Origin: Bradymonadia bacterium
Lineage (GTDB): Bacteria > Myxococcota_A > Bradymonadia > UBA7976 > UBA1532
DNA length: 64,000 bases
Assembly: GCA_046290225.1 (NCBI GenBank)
Contig: JBKAGE010000082.1
Location: forward strand, 160,001 to 224,000
Reading direction: 5' to 3'
Shown: positions 9,231 to 21,187 of the stretch, piece by piece
Numbering within the stretch: position 1 is the first letter of the stretch
Layout: every line of letters begins with the position of its first letter
Notes under the pieces: model-generated
The model's input: the letters and a program-made list of their open reading frames with translations, nothing else
What the model was told of the DNA's origin: nothing
Database searches by the model: none
Position numbers and translations under genes: made by a program

Positions 9231-10250
9231 TCAACGCATCCAGCCGCTGATCAACCGACTCACCTCGGTCAGCTTCACCGGCTGCCCACCAGTGGGGTGA
9301 TGCCAGATCTCGAAGCGGGCCTTGTAGCTGTGGCCCCAGTCACCCTCGTACACCGTGAGCCCCACGGCGTACTTGAAGCGTAGATCCGGATCAGGCCCAT
9401 AACCCAGATGCCGTGTGGTGAGGGGTGTCATGCGCTGCTCGGAGAGCGCCTTGCCCACATCATCAGCACCGAGCTCCGGCGGGTTCTTGGCCACATCGGG
9501 CCCAGGGCCTTCGTAGATCACCTTGGTCCACACCGGGCCCGGAGATTTCAAGGGCACCCAGGCCTCGACCTCGTACATCCCCCCTTGCATCCCATCAGCG
9601 ACCTGAACCGAGATCTCCTGCGTGCGCGTCGAGCCCTCAGGGGTGAAGCCTGGTACGTAGCCGAGCTTCTTGAGCTTGTCTGCATGGCGCAGGGCCTCAG
9701 TCATCTCCTCGCACACCGACTTCACGGCATGCTCGGTGAAGGGTCGACCTTCGCCCTTGGATTGCTCAAACACATCCAACTTCACCCCTGCAGCGCCTTC
9801 GAGCACGGTGTAGCTGTTGCGGCCTGGCTGGTCGAGGTAGGTGGCGGCCTTGATCACGATGGGATCTTTGGGGTGCAGCCGAGCCCGTGTCACCTGCACC
9901 CCTCGCACATAATTCATCGGATGTCCCAGGCCGAGGCGCACTCTGGTCTGCACTACCTGAGAAGCATCGAAGTTGGTGTGGTGGCCAGATCTGATGCCGT
10001 ACGCATACCCAGGCCCCGGAGGCTTGGCCCACGTGGCGTACATCCCCTCTGTGTCTTCGCGTACTGACCAGTGGGCGCTGCTGCGCAGGTGGCGCTCCAA
10101 GGTGGCGCGTTGAGGCTCGGTGAGCAACTCGAGGGCTGCACACGAGAGTATGAGCGTGGTCTCGGTGGGTGGTGGTGCTTTTTTCTGAGGCCTCGGTGGG
10201 GTGCGATCAGAACGCTGGCACCCGCTGCTCATCAACGTGAGCAGACCCAA
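9231..10250 (-). CDS. Hypothetical protein, probable lipoprotein
   Basis: Long ORF co-oriented with the rpoE operon; LMSSG-C lipobox-like N-terminus followed by a Pro-rich linker; start uncertain. Confidence 0.6.
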   Translation of the reverse strand: MGLLTLMSSGCQRSDRTPPRPQKKAPPPTETTLILSCAALELLTEPQRATLERHLRSSAHWSVREDTEGMYATWAKPPGPGYAYGIRSGHHTNFDASQVVQTRVRLGLGHPMNYVRGVQVTRARLHPKDPIVIKAATYLDQPGRNSYTVLEGAAGVKLDVFEQSKGEGRPFTEHAVKSVCEEMTEALRHADKLKKLGYVPGFTPEGSTRTQEISVQVADGMQGGMYEVEAWVPLKSPGPVWTKVIYEGPGPDVAKNPPELGADDVGKALSEQRMTPLTTRHLGYGPDPDLRFKYAVGLTVYEGDWGHSYKARFEIWHHPTGGQPVKLTEVSRLISGWMR

Positions 10251-10276
10251 CAGCGCTACAAATCGGGACAGCCTGT

Positions 10277-10735
10277 TCAGGCGCCGGGCTTGAGGTAGAT
10301 CGCCAGGATCAAGATGCCGCCATCATGCTTCAGGCCTGCTTGATAGAAGACCTTGCGCATGGGGAGCCTCAAATCCACCTTCACCTTCTTCTGGGGCACC
10401 GAGAAGGTCACGTGGTGCAGCTTGGGATCTTTGGGATCAGGGCCGTTGTAGGCGAAGTTTGCAGCCCCCTTCTGCGAGGGCAACAACACCCGGGCCACCC
10501 CTGTGGGGTTGAGGGCGTATTCCGAGCGGCCCACCCGCTTGAAGCTCTTGTACTGGCTGAACGCCTTGGTGAGATCGTCCTTGATCGGCTTCAAGACCGG
10601 ATCGACCCCGCCATCACCGTTGGTGGCGTGAATCACCGAAATGGTCATCTCCACCGCCTCGGCGGCAGAAGCCTGGGTGACGAAGAGCATGGGCCACAGC
10701 GTCGCCAGGGCCAGCAGGAACGCCTTGCGGGTCAT
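10277..10735 (-). CDS. Secreted hypothetical protein in the rpoE/anti-sigma operon
   Basis: Signal peptide (ASA-A); overlaps the anti-sigma stop codon. Confidence 0.7.
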   Translation of the reverse strand: MTRKAFLLALATLWPMLFVTQASAAEAVEMTISVIHATNGDGGVDPVLKPIKDDLTKAFSQYKSFKRVGRSEYALNPTGVARVLLPSQKGAANFAYNGPDPKDPKLHHVTFSVPQKKVKVDLRLPMRKVFYQAGLKHDGGILILAIYLKPGA

Positions 10736-11424
10736 CAGATCGGATCCTCTACTAGGGTGGCATCGTTCGTCGGTGCCTCGCTGCCGCCATCGAGCAGCCA
10801 GATCACCGTGGGGGCGTTGCCCTCGGACTGGTTGATGATCACGCGGTTCTCCCCATCGCTCTGTACCTCATCGACGACCACCTTGCCGACGGTCTTGAGC
10901 TCAGGTGCGGTGCGTGAGGGGGGCAACGCAGGGTTCGGCGCCGGCCGAAGCTTGGGCGCCTCGTTCTTCTGAACGTCGCTCTTGCCCGAGTTGTCGACAA
11001 TGGGCGCAGGCTGCGGACCCTGAGTGCCTTGCTGGCTCGCCCGGCCGATGAAGAACGCCACCGCGGCGGCAGCGCCGGCGGTGAGCAACACCGCAGGCAC
11101 GAGCCTCTGCCACCAGGGCTGCGCCGGCGCTTGAACGGGCACCTGCACAGGTACCTGCTCTACCGCTGCGGGCGCCACAGGCGCAGCCTCGGGGGCGCCC
11201 TCGGGCAGCTGGGCTTCGACCTTGGACCAGAGATCGCTGAAGTCGACCCCCTCGGTCATGGCCTCGAAGTGAGCCTTCACCGCCGTGCGGGTGGCCAGGA
11301 GATCGCGATGGGCCGCCTGCCACACCTCGTCGGAGGCCAGGGCCTGTTCGACCTCAGTGACCTCGTCGGCGGAGATCTCGCCGTCGAGGTATCGCTCGAG
11401 AAGTTGTAGATCCAGCTCGTTCAT
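10735..11424 (-). CDS. Anti-sigma factor (RseA-like N-terminus, single TM)
   Basis: LLERYLDGEIS...EVEQAL N-terminus, TM AVLLTAGAAAAVAFFI, C-terminal PTVIWL; ATGA overlap with the sigma gene. Confidence 0.8.
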   Translation of the reverse strand: MNELDLQLLERYLDGEISADEVTEVEQALASDEVWQAAHRDLLATRTAVKAHFEAMTEGVDFSDLWSKVEAQLPEGAPEAAPVAPAAVEQVPVQVPVQAPAQPWWQRLVPAVLLTAGAAAAVAFFIGRASQQGTQGPQPAPIVDNSGKSDVQKNEAPKLRPAPNPALPPSRTAPELKTVGKVVVDEVQSDGENRVIINQSEGNAPTVIWLLDGGSEAPTNDATLVEDPI

Positions 11425-12095
11425 GACCGCTTCCTCACCCCGGCTCCAGCCTGCTCTGCGAGCGTGCTGCCGGATGCCTCCAGGTAAGGTTTCAGGGCTT
11501 TCTGAAGATTCTTCCGCGCGTGGTGGAGACGGCTCATCACCGTGCCCAGATGGCAATCCATCACCTCGGCGATCTCTTCATAGCTCAGCCCATCGACCTC
11601 CCGGAGGAGAATGATGGTGCGATGGTTCTCGCTCAGCGTGTTGAGCGCCTCATCGAGTGCCTGTGCCAGCTCCTGCTGGGCAAAAGCGTGTCCCGGGTGC
11701 ATTTGACGGGTGTTCCCCGAAAGCTGCACACCGTTGACGCTATCTTCTTCACGGCCGATGCGGTCGTCGTATTCAACACCTTTGAACCGACCATGCTTGC
11801 GGCGATGGTCGATGCAGAGATTGACGACGATGCGGTAAAGCCAGGTGTAAAAAGAAGAATCGCCTTTGAACTGGCCAATCTTCCGGTACACCTTGACGAA
11901 CGCTTCCTGCGTGGCGTCCATCGCGTCTTCAGGGTGCTTGAGCACCCCCATTGCGATGGCGAAAACCCGCCGTTGGTAACGCTCGACAAGTTGCTTGTAC
12001 GCCTGGCGATCACCCTCCTTGCATCGCTGTACGAGTTCCTGATCGCTGGTTTCCAAAAAAACCTCCGGCCCGGACGCCGCGGTGAGGTCCATCAT
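11421..12095 (-). CDS. rpoE: ECF sigma factor, RpoE-like
   Basis: DQELVQR, DATQEAFVK, FKGDSSFYTWLYRI, LSYEEIAEVM, GTVMSRLHHAR. Confidence 0.9.
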   Translation of the reverse strand: MMDLTAASGPEVFLETSDQELVQRCKEGDRQAYKQLVERYQRRVFAIAMGVLKHPEDAMDATQEAFVKVYRKIGQFKGDSSFYTWLYRIVVNLCIDHRRKHGRFKGVEYDDRIGREEDSVNGVQLSGNTRQMHPGHAFAQQELAQALDEALNTLSENHRTIILLREVDGLSYEEIAEVMDCHLGTVMSRLHHARKNLQKALKPYLEASGSTLAEQAGAGVRKRS

Positions 12096-12241
12096 TCACG
12101 GGCGGTGCATATTAATTCGAAGAGCGGTGAAAAACTCTGACTTCCACCAGAACCGCCTGGATGAGGCTCTAACATCCATCAGCGTCATCGACAAGTCGGG
12201 AGACCTCGACACATCACTGAGCATCGCTGTTGAGAATTGGT

Positions 12242-12266
12242 GGAACTTTTCCGAAGGTCGTTCGTG
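12242..12266 (+). promoter_or_regulatory. Possible ECF promoter upstream of the DUF4175 operon
   Basis: GGAAC-N16-CGTG about 60 bp before the 12328 start. Confidence 0.3.
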
Positions 12267-12327
12267 TTGACTCTCTCGCGCCTCGTGCGCATCTGCAGCT
12301 TCGAGATCTTGCCCTAGAGGTCCCTTC

Positions 12328-15300
12328 ATGCCGCCCAGACCCTCTTCTTTCGAGCAGATCGCCGATCTCATCCGGCAGACCCGCGGCCGTTTGAGGGCGC
12401 GCGCCTGCCTCATCGCCGCGGCGTGGGCCCTCGTGGCCCTCGTGGCCGTGAGCGCTGCCGTGGTCATCACGGGCGCCTTCATCGCTCAGGGTGGCGGGCT
12501 GCGGGCAGGGGCCATCGTCGCCCTGTCGGTGGCGCTGCTCGTCGTGAGCGTGCGTTTTCTCTGGCGACCCTGGCGACAGTGGAGGGGTGACGACGCCGTC
12601 GCCGAGCACCTCGAGCAGGGGGTGCCCACCCTCAGAGACGGCCTCCGAGCGTCGATCCAGTTCGGCGCCCAGTGGGGCCAGAGCGATGATGATCCCCAGA
12701 TGGTGGCGGCCCTCGCCGACTCCGTCGTCGCCGAGCTTGGGCAGCGCGATCTCCGCCCGGTGACCCCCATGGCCCCGGCGAAGCGCCCGTGGATGATCGC
12801 CAGCGGCGCATTGGTGGCCGCACTGACTCTGGCCCTCGTGTTCCCCGGGGTGGTGCGCAAGGGCTTCGCCGCCCTCGCCCCAAGCCCGGAGATCGACGGC
12901 GCCAAGGTCACCGGACCGCTGGTGGGTGATCTCACCATCAAGCTCATCTACCCCGACTACACCGGCCGCCCTGATCGCCTGATCCCCAACACCTCAGGTG
13001 ACTTCGAGGCGCCCAAGGGCACCCGCGTTCAGGTCTCGGCCACGACGCTGGCCCCTGCCCAAGCGGTCTTCATCCGCTTTGGTGAGCTCCCTCAGGAAGG
13101 TGAAGACGCCACTGATGATGCTGCCGAGACGCCTGAAACCTCCGAGGCCGATGAAGGCGCGACAGACGACTCGCAAAAGTCAGCCGTAGGAGCCGAGATC
13201 CCCCTCACCCTCTCGGAAGGTCGCGACGCCACGGGCGAGTTCGTAGTCACCGAGGCGGGCCGGTGGCGGTTCACCGTCGTCGACGCCAAGGGCGACAGCC
13301 TCGTCGAGGGCGTGAAGCGCCGCATCAAGCTTGAGGCCGACCGGGAGCCCCACGTGGAGCTGAAGCTGCCCGAGGCCGACATGGAGATCGACGATCTGCA
13401 GTCGTTCCCCGTGGTGTGGTCTGCCAACGACGACTTCGGCATGACCAAGGCCAACGTGGTGCTCTCCCTCGCCGCTGATCCGGAGCACCCGGAGAAGATC
13501 CCTCAGCCCAGAGTGGCCGGGACCCGAGTCCGGGGCGAAGACGAGGTCGATCTCAGTGTCATCCAGGCCCAACCGGGGGATCGCATCGCCCTCACCGTCG
13601 AAGTCTTCGACAACAACACCGTCGATGGCCCTCAGCGGGGCGTCTCGGTGACCCGCTACATCACCATCAACTCACCAGAGGCCAAGCATTTCGAGATCTC
13701 CGACAAGCTGCGGGCCCTCGTGGACCAGTTCGTCGACGTGCTCGCCGATCGCCTTGAGGTCGACCTGCAGGCCCCAGGCGAGGTACCAGTGCCCGGGCGC
13801 GTCGACGCCCTCATCGGGGTCACCACCGCTGCAGCGAACGCCCTGGGTGATCTGCTCTCGGAGATGGTGGACGATCCGCTGACCCCCAAAGAGGTGCGCC
13901 TCGCTCTGCTGGGCCGCCTCGGTGAGCTGGAGAAGGCGGTCGACCTTGAGCAACAGGTGCTCGCCCAGCAGCGAGACGCGTTGGAGCAGCAAGCGGCCCC
14001 CGCAGTGCGCCGGCAGGCGAAGAAGAACGAGCAGGTCATCGACAAGGTCGAGCAGACCATCTTGCTGCTCGAGGCCATGGTGGCCCGCCTGGCCATCGAA
14101 GATCTCATGGCCATCAAAGACCGGATCCAGGCCGACAAAGAGAACCTTCGGCAGCTCATCGAGGAGTACAAGAAGAACCCCGACGACCAGCTCAAAGCCC
14201 GCATCATGCGGGAGATCCAACGCCTCAAGCAGCGCATCGACGAGATGCGGGCCCGCATGGCCCAGATGCGCCAGAAGCTGCCCGAGGAGTTCCTGAACCT
14301 CGACGGTCTCAAGAACGACGAGATGACCGACGGCCTCAAGGACTCGAAGGACGCTCTGTCAGAGATGGAGAAGATGCTCGAGGAGGGCAACATCGAGGAT
14401 GCCCTCAAGGCCCTCGAGGAGATGACCCAGGCCCTCGATGACATCACCAAGGCCCTCGACCAGGACTTCCAGGAGTTGCACTCGGAGACCAACCCCGAGA
14501 TGCAGCGGGCCATCAACGAGCTGATGGATCAGACCCGCGATCTGATGAAGCAGCAGGAGAAGATCCAGCAGGAGACCGACGAGGCGGCGAAGGCCCAGGC
14601 AGAGGCCCAGCGCAAGCTGCTCGAAGAGCAGATGAAGGCGCAGATGGACCGCATCAAGCAGCGGGCGAAGCGCCTCGAAGAGCTGGCGAAGGACATCGAC
14701 GGTCGCCGTATGCCGAGCTACCAGCAAGAAGATCTCAACGCCCTGCGCCAGCGGGCAGACGATCTCAAGGGCGCCCTGGACCGCGAGGCCCTCATGGAGG
14801 CCCTCGAGATGGCGGAGCGCAGCGCCGATCACCTCGACACCCTGGAGCGCCTGGAGCGCAACCGGGGGCCCATGAACACCGAGGGCAACAAGAGCAAGAT
14901 CATGCAGGGCAAGGGGGTGAACGAGCTGATCATCCAGGATCTGTCCGAGATTCTGGAGCAGGCTCAGCGCATGGCCCAGCAGTCTCAAGACCAGGAGCAG
15001 ATGCAGCAGATGTCCCAGCGCCAGCAGCGCCTGGGCCAGCAGGCGCAGCGGCTGCAACAGCGCATCCAGCGTCGCCGCCAGCAGGCCCCGAGCATGCCCG
15101 GCGACGCCGAGGAGCGCGCTCAGCGTGCTGGTGATGCCATGCGCCGTGCAGGCCAGCGCCTGGGCCAGGGCAAGCCCCGACAGGCTCAATCGGAGCAGCA
15201 GCAGGCCATGAACGAGCTCAAGGGGCTGATGAAAGACATGCAGCAGTCGCTCAAGCCCCAGCGGGCGGAGCGCCCCGGCCAGCAGCAACAGCAGGGCCGG

Positions 15301-15456
15301 CGGGGCACCCGGAACGACAAGGTGCGCATCCCCGGGGCCGACGAGTACCAGGCCCCGGCGGAGTTCCGTCAGGAGCTGCTCGAGGCCATGAAGGATCGCG
15401 CCCCGGAGGCGTACGAGGAGCAGGTCCGTCGCTACTACGAATCTCTGGTGCAGTGA
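12328..15456 (+). CDS. DUF4175-family membrane protein with long Gln-rich coiled coil
   Basis: N-terminal TMs, YPDYT, ANDDFG, VFDNN motifs, long helical C-terminus ending PEAYEEQVRRYYESL. Confidence 0.8.
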   Translation: MPPRPSSFEQIADLIRQTRGRLRARACLIAAAWALVALVAVSAAVVITGAFIAQGGGLRAGAIVALSVALLVVSVRFLWRPWRQWRGDDAVAEHLEQGVPTLRDGLRASIQFGAQWGQSDDDPQMVAALADSVVAELGQRDLRPVTPMAPAKRPWMIASGALVAALTLALVFPGVVRKGFAALAPSPEIDGAKVTGPLVGDLTIKLIYPDYTGRPDRLIPNTSGDFEAPKGTRVQVSATTLAPAQAVFIRFGELPQEGEDATDDAAETPETSEADEGATDDSQKSAVGAEIPLTLSEGRDATGEFVVTEAGRWRFTVVDAKGDSLVEGVKRRIKLEADREPHVELKLPEADMEIDDLQSFPVVWSANDDFGMTKANVVLSLAADPEHPEKIPQPRVAGTRVRGEDEVDLSVIQAQPGDRIALTVEVFDNNTVDGPQRGVSVTRYITINSPEAKHFEISDKLRALVDQFVDVLADRLEVDLQAPGEVPVPGRVDALIGVTTAAANALGDLLSEMVDDPLTPKEVRLALLGRLGELEKAVDLEQQVLAQQRDALEQQAAPAVRRQAKKNEQVIDKVEQTILLLEAMVARLAIEDLMAIKDRIQADKENLRQLIEEYKKNPDDQLKARIMREIQRLKQRIDEMRARMAQMRQKLPEEFLNLDGLKNDEMTDGLKDSKDALSEMEKMLEEGNIEDALKALEEMTQALDDITKALDQDFQELHSETNPEMQRAINELMDQTRDLMKQQEKIQQETDEAAKAQAEAQRKLLEEQMKAQMDRIKQRAKRLEELAKDIDGRRMPSYQQEDLNALRQRADDLKGALDREALMEALEMAERSADHLDTLERLERNRGPMNTEGNKSKIMQGKGVNELIIQDLSEILEQAQRMAQQSQDQEQMQQMSQRQQRLGQQAQRLQQRIQRRRQQAPSMPGDAEERAQRAGDAMRRAGQRLGQGKPRQAQSEQQQAMNELKGLMKDMQQSLKPQRAERPGQQQQQGRRGTRNDKVRIPGADEYQAPAEFRQELLEAMKDRAPEAYEEQVRRYYESLVQ

Positions 15457-15457
15457 G

Positions 15458-17100
15458 GTGGGCTCGATGAACGCGAATCGATCGACGGGCGCCTTGGGCA
15501 AAGCCCTACCAGCAGTGCTGACGGCCATGCTCATGGTGTTGAGCCTGAACACCTCGGCCCACGCCGTGAGCATGGACACGCTCAAAGAGCTGCACAACCT
15601 GGTCACCGACTGGCAGGTGGCTGAGGCCCGCAGGCGCCTCGAGCCCCTGAAGGCCGAGAGCCCCGAGGACTGGGATCTGGGCTTCGTCGAGGCCCGGCTG
15701 CTCTTCTTCGAGGGCAGATACGGTGAGTCGAAGGTGCTGCTCGAGAGCCTCGGGGATAGCCTGTCGGGCTCCACCGATCCCGAGGCCATCGGCCGCGTGG
15801 CCAGCATGATGGACTTTCGCAAGCTGGTCACCGAGACCCACGAGGCCCTCAAGGACTTCGACGAGTTCACCACCGAAGATGGTCGCTTCACGGTGCGCTA
15901 CAAGGGCCGCGACGAGATCATGGTGCCCTGGCTCGTCGACGTGCTGCGCAAGGCCGACGCCGCCTTCACCGCGGACTTCGACTTCAAGCCCGAGGGCCGG
16001 GTGCTCGTAGAGCTGTACCCGCAGATCAACTACCTCGCCAAGGTGAGCCCCCTCACCGAAGAAGACATCGAGACCAGCGGCACCATCGCCCTGTGCAAGT
16101 ACAACCGGCTCATGTTCACCAGCCCCCGGGCCCTGGTCCGCGGGTACGGATGGCGCGACACCGTCTCCCACGAGTTCGTGCACTACTACATCACCCACGT
16201 GAGCCGGAACTCGGTGCCCATCTGGCTGCACGAAGGCATCGCCAAGTTCGAAGAGGCCCGGTGGCGCGCCGATCCGGGCCTGCCCCTCGATCCGCCACAA
16301 GAAGACCTGCTGGCCCGCTCGCTCAAGGCCGACAAGCTGGTCACGTTCCAGCAGATGCACCCCTCCATGGCCAAACTGCCGAGCCAGGAGGCCGCCTCGC
16401 TGGCCTACGCCGAGGTGCACACCGTCATCAACTACCTGTACGGCAAGTCGGGCTATGGCGGCCTGAACACGCTGCTGGCGGCCCTCAAGTCAGGGCAGGA
16501 CATGAACGGCGCGCTGACCACGGCCTACGGCGTCGATCTCGACGGCCTGTGGAAGGTCTGGAAGAAGTACATGAAGCGCCAGGGGCTCAAGACCTACCCG
16601 GGCCTCGTGCAGACCTCGCTCAAGTTCAAGCGCCCCGGTGAAGAGGCGAAGCCCGGCGAGGAGCCGGAGATCGACTTCAGCACCATCAGCGAGAAGAAGA
16701 TCAAGGACTTCACCCACCTCGGGGAGCTGCTCCGGGCCCGTGGTCGCCACACGGGGGCCATCAAGGAATACGAGAAAGCCATCGCCCTGGGCGGAGACGG
16801 CAACCCCGTGATCCAGAACAGCGTGGCCAAGTCGCTCATCGCCGTGGGGCGCCACAACGAGGTGCCCGCGGCCCTGGAGCGGGTGAGATCGTACTACCCG
16901 ACGTTCTTGACCACCTTCATGAACCTGGGCGAAGCCCATCTACACCAGGATCAGGTGAGCGAGGCCCTCGAGGCCTTCGAGAACGCCCTGGGCATCAACC
17001 CCTTCCACCCCCGGGTTCACGAGGCCCTGACGGGGCTCTACGAAAAAGCAGGGCGCGCCGAAGAAGCCGCTCGATCCCGAAAAGCACTGGAGACTCTCAA

Positions 17101-17104
<4 letters not shown>
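15458..17104 (+). CDS. Secreted peptidase-MA-like zinc metalloprotease with TPR repeats
   Basis: Signal peptide; HEFVH followed by PIWLHEGIA; C-terminal TPRs (NLGEAHL...ALGINP). Confidence 0.8.
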
Positions 17105-18119
<1,015 letters not shown>

Positions 18120-18123
<4 letters not shown>

Positions 18124-19043
18124 GCGACAAAGCCCGCAAAGCCGAGCGCCAGGTGGTGGACTCGGCGCTGCTGGCTCGGGTGGCCGGCCTCGGCCTCACC
18201 GCCGCTCAGCTCGCCGAGGGCACGATGACGGGCCTGCACAAGAGCCCCCGTCACGGCGCCAGCGTGGAGTTCGCCCAGCACCGGGAGTACGTGCCTGGGG
18301 ACGAGCTGAAGCACCTGGACTGGAAGGCGGTGGCCAAGAGCGACAAGTATTACGTCAAGCAATACGAAGACGAGACCAACCTGCGCACCTTCTTGCTCGT
18401 GGACACGTCGGCGAGCATGAACTACGCCCGCAAGGGCCTGCCCACCAAGCTCGAGTATGCGTCGCAGATGGCCACCGCGCTGGCCTACACCCTGCTCCGG
18501 CAAGGCGACGCCGTGGGGCTGCTCACCTTCGCCAACGGCCTGGGCCATTACGTGCCCCCACGAGCCCGACCTGATCACTTCTGGCAGCTCGCCCGCACCC
18601 TGGAGCGGGCCGAGATCGAGAAGGGCACTGATCTGGTGCGCCCGCTGGAGCACATCGCCGAGGTCGGTGGCCGACGTGGTCTGGTGTTGATCTTCTCCGA
18701 CGCCATGGATTTTCGGGATCAAGTCGCAGCCTTGTCCCGACAGCTTCGGCGCCGGCATCAGGTGGCGTTCTTTCACGTGCTCGATCCCGACGAGCTCGAG
18801 TTCCCCTTCGACGAGCTTACCCTCTTCGAAGGCCTCGAAGAGGACGAGAGGCTGCTGGCCGATCCGAGGGCGATGAAGGAGCAGTACCTGATCGAGATGC
18901 GCGACTTCTGCGCCAACCTGAAGCGCGATCTCGCCGAGGGTGACGTACGCTACACGCGTGTGCGCACCGACGAGCCCCCGGAGCGCACCCTGCTCAGCTT
19001 CCTCGCCGGCCCCGGTCGTCGATCTGGAGCCTCACACCCATGA
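18120..19043 (+). CDS. DUF58 domain (VWA-like) protein
   Basis: GLHKS..HGASVEFAQHREYVPGD..LDWK, YVKQYEDE, DTSASM. Confidence 0.93.
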
Positions 19044-21163
19044 ACTTTCTCTCGCCCCTGCTGCTCATCGGCCTCGCCGCAGCGTTGATCCCGCCGATCA
19101 TTCACCTGATCCACAAGCGCAAGCCCAAGCAGGTCTATTTTCCGGCCTTGGAGTTCATCCGGCAGTCTCAGAAGAAGACTTCACGGCGGTTCCGCATCAA
19201 GCAGCTGCTCTTGATGCTGGTGCGCAGCCTCTTGTTGGCGTTGCTGGCCTTCGCCCTGGCGCGGCCCTACTTCAGCCGGGACAACGACGCCCTCTCGGCC
19301 ACGGGCCAGGGGGGCGGCAGCACGGTGATTGTCGTCGACGCCTCCTACCCCATGGGCTACCTGCTCGAGGGGGAGAGCCTGCTGGACAAGGCCCGCTTCA
19401 AGAGCGGCCAGGTCCTCGACGCCCTCGGCAGCACCGGGCAGGCGAGCGTCATCATCGCCGGCGACTCGGTGGAGTCCCCCGTGGGCGAGGTCACCCACGA
19501 TCTGCAGGCGATCCGCAGGGCCCTTGACGACATAGAGCCGGGCCACGTGGCCAGCACGCTGAGCGAAGGGGTGAGCCGGGCCTATGATCTGCTCGAAGAG
19601 GCCCCCGCCACAGGTGGTCGTCGCGTGGTGGTCCTCACCACGGCCGCAGGGGCCGCCTCGGCGTTGCCGAAGCCTCCCCCCGCAGCCGGGGGATCTCCAG
19701 GCATCGAGCTGTTCCCCCTCGACGTGGCTGAAGGGGCCTCGACGCCGAACCGGGCCATCCTCGACGTGCAGGTCAGGCCTGCGCCAGAGCTCGGCGTGGG
19801 GCAATGGCGCGTCGACGCCCGGGTGGCCAACTTCAGCGATCAGGCGGTGGAGCGCTTGCCGATCCGCCTCGATCTGAATGGTCAGCCGGCGGTGCGGGGC
19901 TTTGTCTCATTGCCTCCAGGTGGGCAGAAGACCAAGACCTTCCACACCCGGGCCCTGCCCGACGCCGCGGCGAAGGCCGAGGTGGTCCTCGAAGCCGACA
20001 ACCTCGCCCTGGACGATCGGCGCCCCTTCTGGTTACAGACCGCGCCCCAGATCAGAGTGCTGGCGGTGAACGGTGATCCCCGGCCCACGCCCCATCGGGA
20101 CGAGCTGTTCTATCTCGAGAACGCCCTGAGCCCTGCGATGTCAGGGGGCACGCACATCCGGGTGACCACCGCCGCAGCTGACACCCTCGAGCGCTTCGAC
20201 TTCAACGAGTTCGACGTCGTGATTCTGGCGAACTTCGCCACCCCGACGCCGGAGCAGGCCCGAGATCTCGAGGCCTTCGTCCGCGGTGGCGGTGGGCTGC
20301 TGATCTCCATGGGTCAGAAGATCGAGCCCGAAGAGGCAAACGTCACCCTGGCCCGCTTGCTGCCCCGCAGCCTGCGCCGGGTACGTGTGGCCGGTGACGC
20401 CGCGGCGAGCGCTCAAGGAGGTGATCGCCGCCCAGCCAGGCTCACCACCTTCAACCGCGCCCACCCGGTGATGGCCAACCTGTCGGATCCGGCCACGTCG
20501 AGTCTGGGCCGGGCGAAGATCAGGCGCTACATGCTGCTCGACCCGTCACCAGACGCCGGGGGCGAGGTGGTCATGGCCCTCGACGACGGGGCGCCGTTCC
20601 TGCTGACCAAGGTGCTCGAACGCGGCCGTGTGGCGCTGCTCACCGGGAGCATCGATCGCGACTGGGGCGACTTGCCCATTCGCCCCGACTTCCTGCCCCT
20701 CGTACAACAGCTCGTGCGGCATCTGACCCGCATCTCCGAGGTAGACGTGTCCCCCATGCTCGTGGGGCAGGCTGCGGTGATGCCTGCAGAAGACGGCCGT
20801 ATTCGCCGGGTGAAGATCGTGACGCCGAAGGGCGCCGTGCACACGCTGGATCGCCCACGGGACGAGGCTGAGCCCTGGGCCTTCGAACACACCGAGGTGC
20901 CGGGTCACTATCAGGTGCAGCCCGATCCTCCGTTGCCAGAGCTGTCCACGCTGCCGGGCTTCTCGGTGGCTGTCGACGCTGCAGCCGCAGATCTGCGGGG
21001 CCCCAAGACGAGCAAATCACTTGAGGTCCAGCGCAGTGAGGCAGAGAAGGTGACCTCTTCGGCCCGCACCGAGCTGTGGCACGCCGCCCTTGGCTTCTTG
21101 TTCCTGATGCTCGCCGCAGAGACGGGGCTTCTCTTCAGAAAGCGCCGCCACATCGAGGTCTGA
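19040..21163 (+). CDS. BatA-domain / VWA / CARDB-like membrane protein
   Basis: N-terminal BatA motif (PPIIHLI...FPALEFI...ALARP), VWA VVDASYPM, GGGLLI, C-terminal TM. Confidence 0.88.
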   Translation: MNFLSPLLLIGLAAALIPPIIHLIHKRKPKQVYFPALEFIRQSQKKTSRRFRIKQLLLMLVRSLLLALLAFALARPYFSRDNDALSATGQGGGSTVIVVDASYPMGYLLEGESLLDKARFKSGQVLDALGSTGQASVIIAGDSVESPVGEVTHDLQAIRRALDDIEPGHVASTLSEGVSRAYDLLEEAPATGGRRVVVLTTAAGAASALPKPPPAAGGSPGIELFPLDVAEGASTPNRAILDVQVRPAPELGVGQWRVDARVANFSDQAVERLPIRLDLNGQPAVRGFVSLPPGGQKTKTFHTRALPDAAAKAEVVLEADNLALDDRRPFWLQTAPQIRVLAVNGDPRPTPHRDELFYLENALSPAMSGGTHIRVTTAAADTLERFDFNEFDVVILANFATPTPEQARDLEAFVRGGGGLLISMGQKIEPEEANVTLARLLPRSLRRVRVAGDAAASAQGGDRRPARLTTFNRAHPVMANLSDPATSSLGRAKIRRYMLLDPSPDAGGEVVMALDDGAPFLLTKVLERGRVALLTGSIDRDWGDLPIRPDFLPLVQQLVRHLTRISEVDVSPMLVGQAAVMPAEDGRIRRVKIVTPKGAVHTLDRPRDEAEPWAFEHTEVPGHYQVQPDPPLPELSTLPGFSVAVDAAAADLRGPKTSKSLEVQRSEAEKVTSSARTELWHAALGFLFLMLAAETGLLFRKRRHIEV

Positions 21164-21187
21164 TCGCGTTGCCCCGCTGGGGCAGAC

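Noticed and set aside
14359..15891. Long antisense ORFs (e.g. 14359-15891, 47331-48560, 48573-50132, 50129-51574, 57246-59798)
   Set aside because: Shadow frames of well-supported genes on the opposite strand, expected in high-GC DNA; no recognisable motifs
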